Source: Arcobacteraceae bacterium (GTDB lineage: Bacteria; Campylobacterota; Campylobacteria; Campylobacterales; Arcobacteraceae). Taken from it: a stretch of DNA of 38,296 bases. Under the pieces are notes generated by a model. It was given only the letters and a program-made list of their open reading frames with translations, was not told the DNA's origin and searched no databases. Below, in pieces: positions 9,338-19,329 of this stretch. Position 1 is the first letter of the stretch. Each line of letters starts with the position of its first letter. The stretch is from NCBI GenBank assembly GCA_049670825.1, contig JBATTX010000380.1, positions 1-38,296 of the forward strand, written 5' to 3'. A program made the translations under genes and the position numbers.

Positions 9338-10493
9338 AGAAAAATCAATATTAATTCGTTTTGTTAGTTTTTATCATATTTCAACTTTTATACTTTTAAG
9401 TATTATTGCCTTACTCATTTATAATATGCAGTATCAGTCACTTTACAATCTATCTGTATCAAATTTAGAAACTTTATCTTCAAAAATTTCATCAACTATA
9501 ATTACTTCTGATATGAAAAATGAAGACTTAGATTTTCATACTCTTTCAAGTAAAGAAAATGGGATCAAATTTTCTTTATACGATGAATACAATAAACTAA
9601 TGTTTAGTGATATGAAAGAACAACTTAAAGTCAATTTTCAGAAAAAAAATTATTTACTCAATCAAAATATAATAACTGTTGATAAAAGTACTTTAGGGCA
9701 CATGAATGTTTACTCTATTGTGATGGTAAATGATACTTTTAATTCACAAAAAAATGGAATCATTAGTACAATCATCTTGGCTTTTATAATATTTTATGTT
9801 GCTATTTGTGCGGTTGGTTTTTATTTGATTCAACTTTTTATGAAACCTATTGAAAATGAAAGAAAACGACTTGATAACTTTATCAAAGACACAACACATG
9901 AACTCAATACACCAATAACAGCACTAATGATTTGTACAAACAAAGAAACTCCACGAAATGAAAAAAATATGGAACGAATCTATTTAAGTGCAAAACGAAT
10001 CTCTGAAATTTACAAAGATTTAACCCATCTATTTTTAGAAACAAATAAAAAAAGAGATATTCAAACTATACGCTTAGATACACTTATTCATGAAGAGTTA
10101 AAATACTTTGAACTATTAGCCTCTAAAAAAAATATTACTACTCAATATGAATTAGAAAATACTCTTATAAATATTGATAAAGAAGATTTTAAAAGAATCT
10201 TTAGCAACATATTTTCAAATGCAATCAAGTATAATAAAAGAGGTGGAAAAATAACAATTATTCTCAAAAACTATACTCTTATTATTGAAGATAATGGAAT
10301 AGGCATAGATTTAAAAGACAAAAAGAATATTTTTAACAGATACTACAGAGCTACGACACAAGATGGTGGATTTGGGATGGGATTAAATATTGTATACAAA
10401 ATATGTCAAGAATATGATATTAAAATAGATGTCGAATCAAAACTACAAATTGGTTCTACTTTTAGTTTTGATTTTACTAAACTAGCAAAATAA
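9327..10493 (+). CDS. Sensor histidine kinase, CrdS/DccS-like
   Basis: Two TM segments flank a periplasmic domain; H-box DTTHELNTPI, N-box SNAIKYN, G1 EDNGIGI, G2 GFGMGL; overlaps the response regulator gene. Confidence 0.93.
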   Translation: MRVEEKSILIRFVSFYHISTFILLSIIALLIYNMQYQSLYNLSVSNLETLSSKISSTIITSDMKNEDLDFHTLSSKENGIKFSLYDEYNKLMFSDMKEQLKVNFQKKNYLLNQNIITVDKSTLGHMNVYSIVMVNDTFNSQKNGIISTIILAFIIFYVAICAVGFYLIQLFMKPIENERKRLDNFIKDTTHELNTPITALMICTNKETPRNEKNMERIYLSAKRISEIYKDLTHLFLETNKKRDIQTIRLDTLIHEELKYFELLASKKNITTQYELENTLINIDKEDFKRIFSNIFSNAIKYNKRGGKITIILKNYTLIIEDNGIGIDLKDKKNIFNRYYRATTQDGGFGMGLNIVYKICQEYDIKIDVESKLQIGSTFSFDFTKLAK

Positions 10494-10498
10494 AAGAG

Positions 10499-12529
10499 TT
10501 AAATCTCCTCTTTTATTTTTTTCAAATCTTCTACTTTAGAAAGATATTCATCCCTTTTTTTCTCTACAAATTTTATTCTATCTTGATTAATTTCAAGATA
10601 CTGAGTTTTTGAATATTTTACAACTTTATAAAGATAGTTTCTTTTTGAGGTTAAAAAATCTTCAATTTTTTCAAAAGCAAAATTTGTTTTTAATTTCGCA
10701 TAAATATCTTATTTTCTTTGATGTTGCACCGAAAATCTTGTAGGCTCTTTTTTATATAACTCTTCAGACTCTGTAATTTGCTGATCAAAATATGAAATTG
10801 TAGCTTGTGTAGTTTGAATATAACTATATGATAATGCACCATTAAAGTAGGCAAACTTCTTTCTAAAAGCAGAAATATTCTCTAAAATAGCACTATGAAA
10901 TGCATTTAAAACATTTTCATAAACTTTAGCTGCAAAATGCCGTGTATTTGAAAATTCTAAATCTGATGCAATCTCTCTATTTTTTCGTAAGAGCTCATAA
11001 GGCTCTTGCCAGCTATCAATTTTTGTTTGAATATGTTCAAAAACACCTCTAAATGCCTCATCTGTATCTAACTCAATGTTTTTGAAAAGTTTAATCGAAC
11101 GTTTAAACATCTTATCAATAGTTTGATCATCGTAAAATAATGTTTTATAAATATTATCAGAATCAATCCAATAAGTAGTGTACTCAAACTTCTCAATTTT
11201 ATCACCACTTAAAAAACTTCCTTTTGATTCTTGAAATCTATGACTTGTCTTACTTTTAATGTTTTTATATGCTTCATGTGCAATTTTATCCATAATACTA
11301 TCAAGTGAATTATATACGGTATAAAGATCTTTGGAATGTTTTTTATAAATAGTTTCAAACTCTTCTAATACTTCAGTTTCAGAATTTTGCAATAACTCAA
11401 TTAAAGCTTTATACACACCTATAATCGTATTGTACTCACCAATTAAAATATCACAAATACCTTTTAAATCACGTTTGATAGCATACTCTTTTGCTTCAGC
11501 AGCTTGTGGTTGAATTGTATTTTTAATAAAATGAATAACCTCTTGAATATTTGAATCTTCTAAAAGTTTTGTATTTGTTGTTGCATCTGAGTTCTCAATT
11601 TTTCTAATATTATCTTTAAATATTTCAAATTTAGAACTTGTAAAATCTACTTCATCTATACTTTTTTCAAAAAGCTCTTTTTTAAGTTGACTTAACATTC
11701 CATTGTATTCATCTTGTAATAAAATATCTTTTCTATGTGCTCGTGATTCCAAAGCCATTTTTGCTGAGATAGGAACAACTTTTGCAAAAAATTTATCAAA
11801 CTTATCACTCACATAATTTGTTGTTGTTTCAATTTGTTCTTCAGTAAATTTATCTTTTTGATTTAATACACAAAGAGATTTATCTTTAAAATGTTGCATA
11901 TACTCTTCAAGAACTTCAGCCTCTGACATTTTACCTGCATTATCAATTAATGTTAACCAAATAATACCACCAACATCTCTTAACACACGTCTTGTTGTAT
12001 CTGTATCACTTTGACTTTGAGAATTTAATCCAGGAGTATCTACAAAAGAAATATCTTTTAATATATCCATAGGAGCATACAATGTCAAATACTTTATATC
12101 TTTCATTTCATGTTGTCTTTGATCTGTAAAATCCGCAATTGATTCAATTGGTGCATACTCTTGTGCACCAGAATAATATGTAATTTTTAATTTATATTCT
12201 TCACCATAGTTAATAAAGTTTACTTTTGATGTAACAGGAGTAATACCAGTAGGTAAAATATTTCTTGACAACAATGCATTTAAAAAAGTTGATTTTCCAG
12301 AACTGAACTGTCCAGTTATCGCAACTTCCATAGGATATCTTGCACGTCTCATCTGTTTATTTAAAATATTTTCTAACTGTCTTGAAGGTAGAAACTTTTC
12401 ATCAAGCAGTTGTGCTTGAATTCTTTTGATATCACCTAAAAGACCATCTTCATATACTACTTCTTTTTCAAAATAGGTATTTTGATATTCTAAAACAAAA
12501 TTTTCTAGGATATTTATTTTTGCGCTCAT
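10499..12529 (-). CDS. Bacterial dynamin-like GTPase 2 (Cj0412-like), interrupted by one in-frame TAA at 10709-10711 (truncated allele or sequence error)
   Basis: GQFSSGKST, TPVTS, DTPG and NQKD motifs. The same frame continues 69 sense codons past the stop to a TAA at 10499-10501. Confidence 0.85.
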
Positions 12530-14868
12530 TAGTACAATCCTTTTATTTTAGATGTTAAAGTAGTCATCTCTTTAATCTTTTTATGAATATTGATAGAAAG
12601 TTCTGCTCTATCTTCTTCATTAGTTGTAAACTTAGATAGTTGCGAAGCTAATATCTCTTCTTCTGCTTGAAGTTTTTCTTTTACTGATAATAATGGTTCA
12701 TTAAGAGCTTCAAAAAATGAATCAATTAAAACATTACTAATCTGTTTTGCTTTTTGCTTAATATTTTCCTCAATAGATTTAAACTCATTTTTAATAAATG
12801 TTTCTATTTCTAGTGAAAGCTCTTGCATTTTTGATTCTTTTGCAACAGAAACAGCAGATACTATCTGAGATACTAATACATCATTGCTAGCTGTTAAAAA
12901 TCCTGATTTAAAGTCATCTTGAAAGAAAGCAATTGCATCAAAAGTACTATGTTTTGAACCAACGCTAAAGCCTAAATCATGATATTTACGTTCACATTGT
13001 TCTCCAATAGTTTGAGATTTTTTTATAAATTTATATCGGTAATCTCTAATAACATCAATTATTCCATCTTTAATTGCTGTTTCAACAATAACTTTTATAC
13101 GTGAATTTTCAGGTCGTTTTTTTGTTTTTTCAAACGTATATCGTACATCGGATACAACTCTTTGTTTAATAACATTTTGTAAATCGATCAGCTCTGTATC
13201 TAAAAATGTTTCAAGCGAATTTATATAATCTTTAGAATCATTTTTATAAAAGCCTATATCTTCACTCATAGCAGTTAAAATTCTACTATTTACATCTTTT
13301 TTCTTATTAAATACAGCTAACTCTTTTTCAAGTTCATCTTTTGATTTCGATAAAAGTTTCAACTCATAGTTTAATGCATTCGTTTCTTTCTCTGTTATTC
13401 TAAGAAGTTGTTTTTTACTTGATTGAACTACAAGTTCACCTTTTTGAGAATTTGATCCAAAAAGTGTTTCATTTAAGTACTCTTCAATTTCAAGTATACC
13501 TGTATCTTCAATACTAAATCCAGCATCGATAGCTTCTTTTGCTTTTCCTGTTCTATGTAAAAGTGCCATTTTCCCAGAAATTGGTATAAATTTAATAGTA
13601 TCTAAAATATAATCTAATTTACTATCTTTATTTTGTGATTCAAGTTGTCTTTTAATTGATGATTTTGTATAGGCAATAACTTCATCAAGCTGTTGTTTTG
13701 TAACAGTATCAGCTCTTGTAATTACTATTAAAAGTTTTGAAATATTTTGATATAAAAGTGCATCAATAATAAATTCAACATCTTTTAATGTGGCACTTTG
13801 TGATACATTCATAAGATGAATCATCATATCACAAGCACTCAAATACTCTTTAGTTATCTCTTCTCTTTGAATAACAGGGTCATCTAAACCTGGTGTATCA
13901 ACTATTTCTATTCCATCTCTTAAAAAATTTAAATTTGAACCAAGTTCAACATATTTCACCAAATTACATTTTTTTCCACTAGCTTCTGCTGATGTGTATT
14001 GAGATAACTCATCAATACCAATTTCATCATATCGTGAATTAGGTTTGATATATGATTTTAAACTATCACCAAAAAGAAAATTTGTTTCATCAACAAAATC
14101 TTTCATAGACTCAAGTTGTTCTGATGAACGAACTATCTTATTCCATTCTGATTCATTCCAATAAAAAACTTTTGCATTTTCATTTTCATTATATTTAACA
14201 ATAGTTAAATTTGCTGTTTCTGGAACAACAGCACTTCCTAAAATCTCTTTTCCCATTAGTGCATTTAGCATAGTTGATTTACCAGCATTCATAACACCAG
14301 TAATTCCAATAGAAAATTTCTGATTATTTATATAATCAGATGCTTGGGTTACGTCTGTTTTTAGATTTTCAGATACACTACTATTTAACTCTTCTATAAT
14401 ATTTTCAATTAGGCCTTTTAAAACTTTAAATGAACTTTTTACTTTTTTATCATTTTTAGCATCAGTTCCTTGATGCTCTAAATCTAACTCTTTATAATCA
14501 AATAATGACCGTAATTTTACGTGGTGTTCAGTACTTAATATTTTTTCATCATGTAAATACTCAAAAGCCTGATGTAGTGTATGAATTAGAGGTTTTGATT
14601 TATGGAGTATTATTAAATTAAGTATATTGTATTGAAGTTTATGTAGCGTATCGTCATTTGTAGGTACTTGAACATTTAAAATTGAACAAATTTCTTTAAA
14701 TGTTTCTAAACTTATAACTTTTGTTGTTTCTTTTCTGGCAGTTGATAAAATTAGTGCAAATAGTGAAAATGTATCATCATTTATTTTTGTATTAATCTCT
14801 TCTAACTCATATCTATTTTCTAAATTCATACCGTGGTATAATAAAAAATAGTCGTTAATTAAACTCAT
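12529..14868 (-). CDS. Bacterial dynamin-like GTPase 1 (Cj0411-like)
   Basis: GVMNAGKST, PETAN, DTPG and TRAD motifs; coiled-coil C-terminus; 1-nt overlap with DLP2; RBS AGGAG. Confidence 0.9.
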   Translation of the reverse strand: MSLINDYFLLYHGMNLENRYELEEINTKINDDTFSLFALILSTARKETTKVISLETFKEICSILNVQVPTNDDTLHKLQYNILNLIILHKSKPLIHTLHQAFEYLHDEKILSTEHHVKLRSLFDYKELDLEHQGTDAKNDKKVKSSFKVLKGLIENIIEELNSSVSENLKTDVTQASDYINNQKFSIGITGVMNAGKSTMLNALMGKEILGSAVVPETANLTIVKYNENENAKVFYWNESEWNKIVRSSEQLESMKDFVDETNFLFGDSLKSYIKPNSRYDEIGIDELSQYTSAEASGKKCNLVKYVELGSNLNFLRDGIEIVDTPGLDDPVIQREEITKEYLSACDMMIHLMNVSQSATLKDVEFIIDALLYQNISKLLIVITRADTVTKQQLDEVIAYTKSSIKRQLESQNKDSKLDYILDTIKFIPISGKMALLHRTGKAKEAIDAGFSIEDTGILEIEEYLNETLFGSNSQKGELVVQSSKKQLLRITEKETNALNYELKLLSKSKDELEKELAVFNKKKDVNSRILTAMSEDIGFYKNDSKDYINSLETFLDTELIDLQNVIKQRVVSDVRYTFEKTKKRPENSRIKVIVETAIKDGIIDVIRDYRYKFIKKSQTIGEQCERKYHDLGFSVGSKHSTFDAIAFFQDDFKSGFLTASNDVLVSQIVSAVSVAKESKMQELSLEIETFIKNEFKSIEENIKQKAKQISNVLIDSFFEALNEPLLSVKEKLQAEEEILASQLSKFTTNEEDRAELSINIHKKIKEMTTLTSKIKGLY

Positions 14869-14886
14869 ATAATATCTCCTAAATAT

Positions 14887-14960
14887 AAAAAGTTAAATAT
14901 CAGAACATGATATTTAACTTTTTGTACTTTAAATTTGAAAAGAGGAAAACCTCTTTTCAA
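14887..14960. terminator. Two adjacent hairpins between frdB and DLP1
   Basis: 16-bp inverted repeat 14887-14902/14908-14923 and 11-bp inverted repeat 14935-14945/14950-14960. Confidence 0.6.
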
Positions 14961-15692
14961 TTATCTTAATGCTACTAATTTTCTTCTTAAGTAAGCAATT
15001 TTATTTTGTAGTGGTAAATGTTTTGGACAGTGGTCTTCACAAGCTAATAGTGACATACAACCAAAAATACCGTTATCATCACCAATTAATTCATAAAAAT
15101 CTTCTGCTGTTCTTTGGTCATGAGGATCAACTTCAAATCTAGCAACTCTGTTAAGTCCAACTGGTCCTACAAAGTCTGGTCTCATAAGTTTTGTACCACA
15201 AGAAGCAACACAAATTCCACACTCGATACATCTGTCAAGCTCAAATGTTTCATCAGCTACATCTGGATCAATTTTTTCTTCGATTTTTGTAATGTCTGGT
15301 TTATGATTAGTATGAATCCATGATTCAACTTTAACAGACATAGCATCCATCCATTTACCAGTATTAACTGATAAATCTTTGATAAGCTCAAATGCTGGCA
15401 TAGGCATAAGTTGAAGTTTACCTTCTGGATAGTTTGCAATTAGTGTTCTACAAGCTAGTGCAGGTTTACCATTTACAATCATTCCACAAGAACCACAAAT
15501 ACCTGCACGACAAACAAAGTCAAAAGATAAATCTGCATCGTATTCTTCTCTAATTTTTGATAAAGCAATAAAAAGAGTCATACCTGGAGTTTCTTCAAGT
15601 TTATAATCTACAAATGTAGGTTTAGACTCTTTTGATCTTGGGTTGTATTTTAATGCTGATATAGTTATTTCTCTACCTTTTGCAATACTCAT
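14961..15692 (-). CDS. frdB: Fumarate reductase iron-sulfur subunit
   Basis: [20 protein letters not shown] and [12 protein letters not shown] clusters; operon context. Confidence 0.97.
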   Translation of the reverse strand: MSIAKGREITISALKYNPRSKESKPTFVDYKLEETPGMTLFIALSKIREEYDADLSFDFVCRAGICGSCGMIVNGKPALACRTLIANYPEGKLQLMPMPAFELIKDLSVNTGKWMDAMSVKVESWIHTNHKPDITKIEEKIDPDVADETFELDRCIECGICVASCGTKLMRPDFVGPVGLNRVARFEVDPHDQRTAEDFYELIGDDNGIFGCMSLLACEDHCPKHLPLQNKIAYLRRKLVALR

Positions 15693-17677
15693 TATTTATC
15701 TCCTGCTCTTTCATTTTTCTCTCTATAGTTCATTGGTAAATCAAAAGGCATTAGTGCATGTTGAATCTCATGTCTATCTTTACCTTCTGCTTGCATTTTT
15801 TCAGTTATTTCATCAACTTCTGCTTGTCTTTTTTCAGATAATTCATGCTCAATAATCATACCTTTAGCACCATAACCTCTAAATGCTGGAGGCATCTCCA
15901 TAGTCATAATATCTAAGTCTTGATATGTAACTGTTGGTGTTGTTTGATTTGCATCTGGCCAAGAAGTAAGTGTTCTGTTTAACCAGTTAGCATCATCTCT
16001 TTTTAAGAAGTCTTCTCTGTAGTGAGCACCTCTTGATTCTGTTCTCTCTCTTGCACCTTTAGCTACACAAAGGGCAACTTTAAGCATTCTTGGAACTCTA
16101 TAAGCTTCTTCTAATTCAGGGTTACCAACTCTTACTTTAGATTTTACATTGATTTGCTTAGTTTTTTTCAATAAATCTTCTAACTCATCTACAGCTTCAG
16201 AAAGTCCTGTACCATCTCTAAAGATACCAACTTTTTGATCCATTAGGTTTTGCATTCTATTTTTAATTTTAAAAATATTTTCATTACCTTCATAAGCTAA
16301 AATTTCATCAAGATATTTATCTTGTGCATCTAAGAATGATTGAACTGTTTTAGTACCAATTGTTACATCATTATCTAAACAATAATCAGCAAAATAGTTA
16401 CCAATAATCATACCAGCAACAACTGTTTCAGATACTGAGTTTCCACCAAGTCTGTTAAACCCGTGCATATCCCAACAAGAAGCTTCACCACAAGCAAAAA
16501 GACCATTTAGTGTTTGAGATTCACCTGTTGGTTTTGTTCTGATTCCACCCATAGAATAATGTTGCATTGGAAGAACTGGAGCCCATCCTGCTTTACCTTC
16601 ATCTGCTGGATCAATACCATTAAAAATTTGACAAATTTCTTGTACATCTCTTAAGTTTTTCTCAATATGTTCTCTACCTAAAATAGAGATATCTAACCAA
16701 ATGTGATCACCATATGGAGAAGGTACACCTTTACCATTTCTAATATGTTCAATCATTCTTCTTGAAACAACGTCTCTTGAAGCAAGTTCTTTTTTCTCTG
16801 GCTCGTAATCTGGCATAAATCTATGACCATCAACATCTCTTAAGATACCACCATCACCTCTACAACCTTCTGTTAAAAGGATTCCAGATGGAACGATTGG
16901 AGTTGGGTGAAATTGTACAGCTTCCATATTTCCAAGTGTAGCAATACCAGTTTCAAGTGCAATAGCAGCACCAATACCTTCACAAATTACAGCATTTGTA
17001 GTTTGTTTAAATACTCTACCATATCCACCAGTAGCAATACATGTACCTTTTGCAACATAAGCTTCTAATTCACCTGTAATTAAATCTCTTACGATTGATC
17101 CATAACATCTACCATTTTCATGGATTAAAGATAAAGCTTCTTTTCTATCTCTAATATCAACTTTATTTTTAAGCGCTTCATTAGCAACACCAAATAACAT
17201 AGTATGTCCAGTAGCATCAGCTGTGTAACATGTTCTCCATTTTTTAGTACCACCAAAATCTCTAGACATAATTAGTCCAGCTCTATCAGCATCTTCAGTA
17301 ATTGTTGTTTTTTTAGCATTGATAACTGCTTCTCTTGAACCTTCTCTAACTCTAGTCCAAGGCACACCCCAACCAGCTAATTCTCTAATAGCTTTTGGTG
17401 CAGTATGTACGAACATTCTTGCAACAACTTGATCACATCCCCAGTCAGAACCCTTTACAGTATCAGCAAAGTGTAAATCTTCATTATCACCATCAGACAT
17501 TTTAGAGTTACCTAAAGATGCTTGCATACCACCTTGAGCAGCAGCCGAGTGAGATCTTTTAACAGGAACTAATGATAATACTATAGTATTTAGTCCTTTT
17601 TTTTGCGAAGCAACACCTGCTCTTAAACCAGCAAGTCCACCACCAATAACAAGTGCATCACAATAATTAATTTTCAT
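15692..17677 (-). CDS. frdA: Fumarate reductase flavoprotein subunit
   Basis: [15 protein letters not shown] (covalent FAD His), QFHPT, HYSMGG, NRLGGNS, ESRGAH. Confidence 0.97.
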   Translation of the reverse strand: MKINYCDALVIGGGLAGLRAGVASQKKGLNTIVLSLVPVKRSHSAAAQGGMQASLGNSKMSDGDNEDLHFADTVKGSDWGCDQVVARMFVHTAPKAIRELAGWGVPWTRVREGSREAVINAKKTTITEDADRAGLIMSRDFGGTKKWRTCYTADATGHTMLFGVANEALKNKVDIRDRKEALSLIHENGRCYGSIVRDLITGELEAYVAKGTCIATGGYGRVFKQTTNAVICEGIGAAIALETGIATLGNMEAVQFHPTPIVPSGILLTEGCRGDGGILRDVDGHRFMPDYEPEKKELASRDVVSRRMIEHIRNGKGVPSPYGDHIWLDISILGREHIEKNLRDVQEICQIFNGIDPADEGKAGWAPVLPMQHYSMGGIRTKPTGESQTLNGLFACGEASCWDMHGFNRLGGNSVSETVVAGMIIGNYFADYCLDNDVTIGTKTVQSFLDAQDKYLDEILAYEGNENIFKIKNRMQNLMDQKVGIFRDGTGLSEAVDELEDLLKKTKQINVKSKVRVGNPELEEAYRVPRMLKVALCVAKGARERTESRGAHYREDFLKRDDANWLNRTLTSWPDANQTTPTVTYQDLDIMTMEMPPAFRGYGAKGMIIEHELSEKRQAEVDEITEKMQAEGKDRHEIQHALMPFDLPMNYREKNERAGDK

Positions 17678-18471
17678 TATGCAATTCCTCCAATAGATTT
17701 ATTTGATATTTTATAAGAAACTACTTTTGCAGTTGGTACATATCTTTCACCAGCTTTATCTGCATGTTCGTAACCAATTTTCATATATGCTAATAATGAA
17801 GCAATTCCTAATGCCATAAAGAAAATAGTTAAAGCCCATTTAATTTTTTTAAGTGTTTTTCTAGTTTCTTTTGGATTTTCTCCATCAAACCATCCCCATT
17901 TTACACATAATCTATAAAGACCAATTGTTCCATGAAATTCAACAGCTAATAGAAGTAAAATATATAAAGGCCACATCCATTCAGACCAAACTCTGTCTGC
18001 AGAAGCATATGGACCAATTGCATCAGAATGAGTCATGATGATATATAAATGTACAGATCCTAAGAAGAACATAACAAAACCAGTAAATGCTTGTGTTAAC
18101 CATAATTTTGTGTCATCATGGTTCATACTATTTGCATGAGCTTTCATTACTTGATATTGTTTAAAGTTTCCAGGTAATTTTCTCATACCCAAACCAGCAT
18201 GTGTTATAAAAATAACAAAAACAATTGCAGCAAAAATTGTTACTAATAATGGATTACCACCATCAAAAATAAAATTAGCTTCTAAAAGCTTTGTGATTGT
18301 ATACATGAAATCTTTTGAAATTAATATCGAAGATACCAATAACATATGTCCCCACATAAATAAAGCTAAAAAACCACCTGTAGCACTTTGAAGATAATCA
18401 AGCTTCGCAGGCACTCGACTTTTCTTCCCCTCAACTGTTTTACCTAAATAGCCTTCAATTAGGTCACTCAT
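17677..18471 (-). CDS. frdC: Fumarate reductase di-heme cytochrome b subunit
   Basis: Five TM helices with His residues; Wolinella/Campylobacter-type sequence; upstream of frdA. Confidence 0.95.
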   Translation of the reverse strand: MSDLIEGYLGKTVEGKKSRVPAKLDYLQSATGGFLALFMWGHMLLVSSILISKDFMYTITKLLEANFIFDGGNPLLVTIFAAIVFVIFITHAGLGMRKLPGNFKQYQVMKAHANSMNHDDTKLWLTQAFTGFVMFFLGSVHLYIIMTHSDAIGPYASADRVWSEWMWPLYILLLLAVEFHGTIGLYRLCVKWGWFDGENPKETRKTLKKIKWALTIFFMALGIASLLAYMKIGYEHADKAGERYVPTAKVVSYKISNKSIGGIA

Positions 18472-18652
18472 ATTCTATCCTTTCTTACACTTAGTATTGT
18501 TTCTATAGTGCATGATGATAACCTAAGTGAGCTTTGCTTTACTTTATATTTTATTGATTTTTTATTAGAGATAATTATATAAATTTATACTACTGTTGTA
18601 TAGAAAAGCGACAAATACGGCTTTTATATCAAAAAATATATACTTAAATTGC

Positions 18653-18688
18653 TGTGATTATGCTATTTTAACTTGTTACATAATCACA
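18653..18688. promoter_or_regulatory. 10-bp perfect inverted repeat with a 16-nt spacer (operator or terminator)
   Basis: TGTGATTATG at 18653-18662 and CATAATCACA at 18679-18688, between the exonuclease gene end and frdC. Confidence 0.45.
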
Positions 18689-18722
18689 CATATATTTTAG
18701 AAAATAGAATGATAACTTTAAT

Positions 18723-19322
18723 TTAGCTTTTCAATTTTAAAAAAATCATTGCTGTCATTATCACATCATTGATTGCATCATGCTTCCCTAAACGCGGTAA
18801 ATGAAGCTTATCCATTATAATATCAAATCGTAAATCGATATTTCCTCCAGGATATTTTTTAATCATTTGATCATAATATAATTCTGACACTTCTGTTCTG
18901 TTATTAGGTAAAGTTATTCCTAGTTTTGGTTTAATATATTTATTTACCATAGCACAATCAAACTCCAAATAGTATCCTACAAGTGGTCTATTTCCGACAA
19001 AATCTAAAAACTCATATATTACATCATTAATATTTAAAGCATTTTCGATATCACACTCTCTTATATGATGTATCTTTATACTTTCAGGAGATAATGCTTG
19101 TTCAGTTTTAACAAATCTTTCAAACTTTCTGCTATGCAAAATTTTGTTGTCTTTGATAATAATAGCACCAATAGAAATTATTTCATCTTTCCTAGGATTT
19201 AAGCCTGTAGTTTCACAGTCAAAACACACATATTCATCACCTTCGTACTCATCAAATAAGTAACTGTAATTTTCATCTAAAAGTTTTTTCTTATTAAAAT
19301 ATTGTTTTATTTTTTTAAACAT
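18723..19322 (-). CDS. Stand-alone DEDDh 3'-5' exonuclease-family protein (copy 1)
   Basis: FDCETTG, GYYLEFD, HDAIND motifs. Confidence 0.9.
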   Translation of the reverse strand: MFKKIKQYFNKKKLLDENYSYLFDEYEGDEYVCFDCETTGLNPRKDEIISIGAIIIKDNKILHSRKFERFVKTEQALSPESIKIHHIRECDIENALNINDVIYEFLDFVGNRPLVGYYLEFDCAMVNKYIKPKLGITLPNNRTEVSELYYDQMIKKYPGGNIDLRFDIIMDKLHLPRLGKHDAINDVIMTAMIFLKLKS

Positions 19323-19329
19323 AATAACT

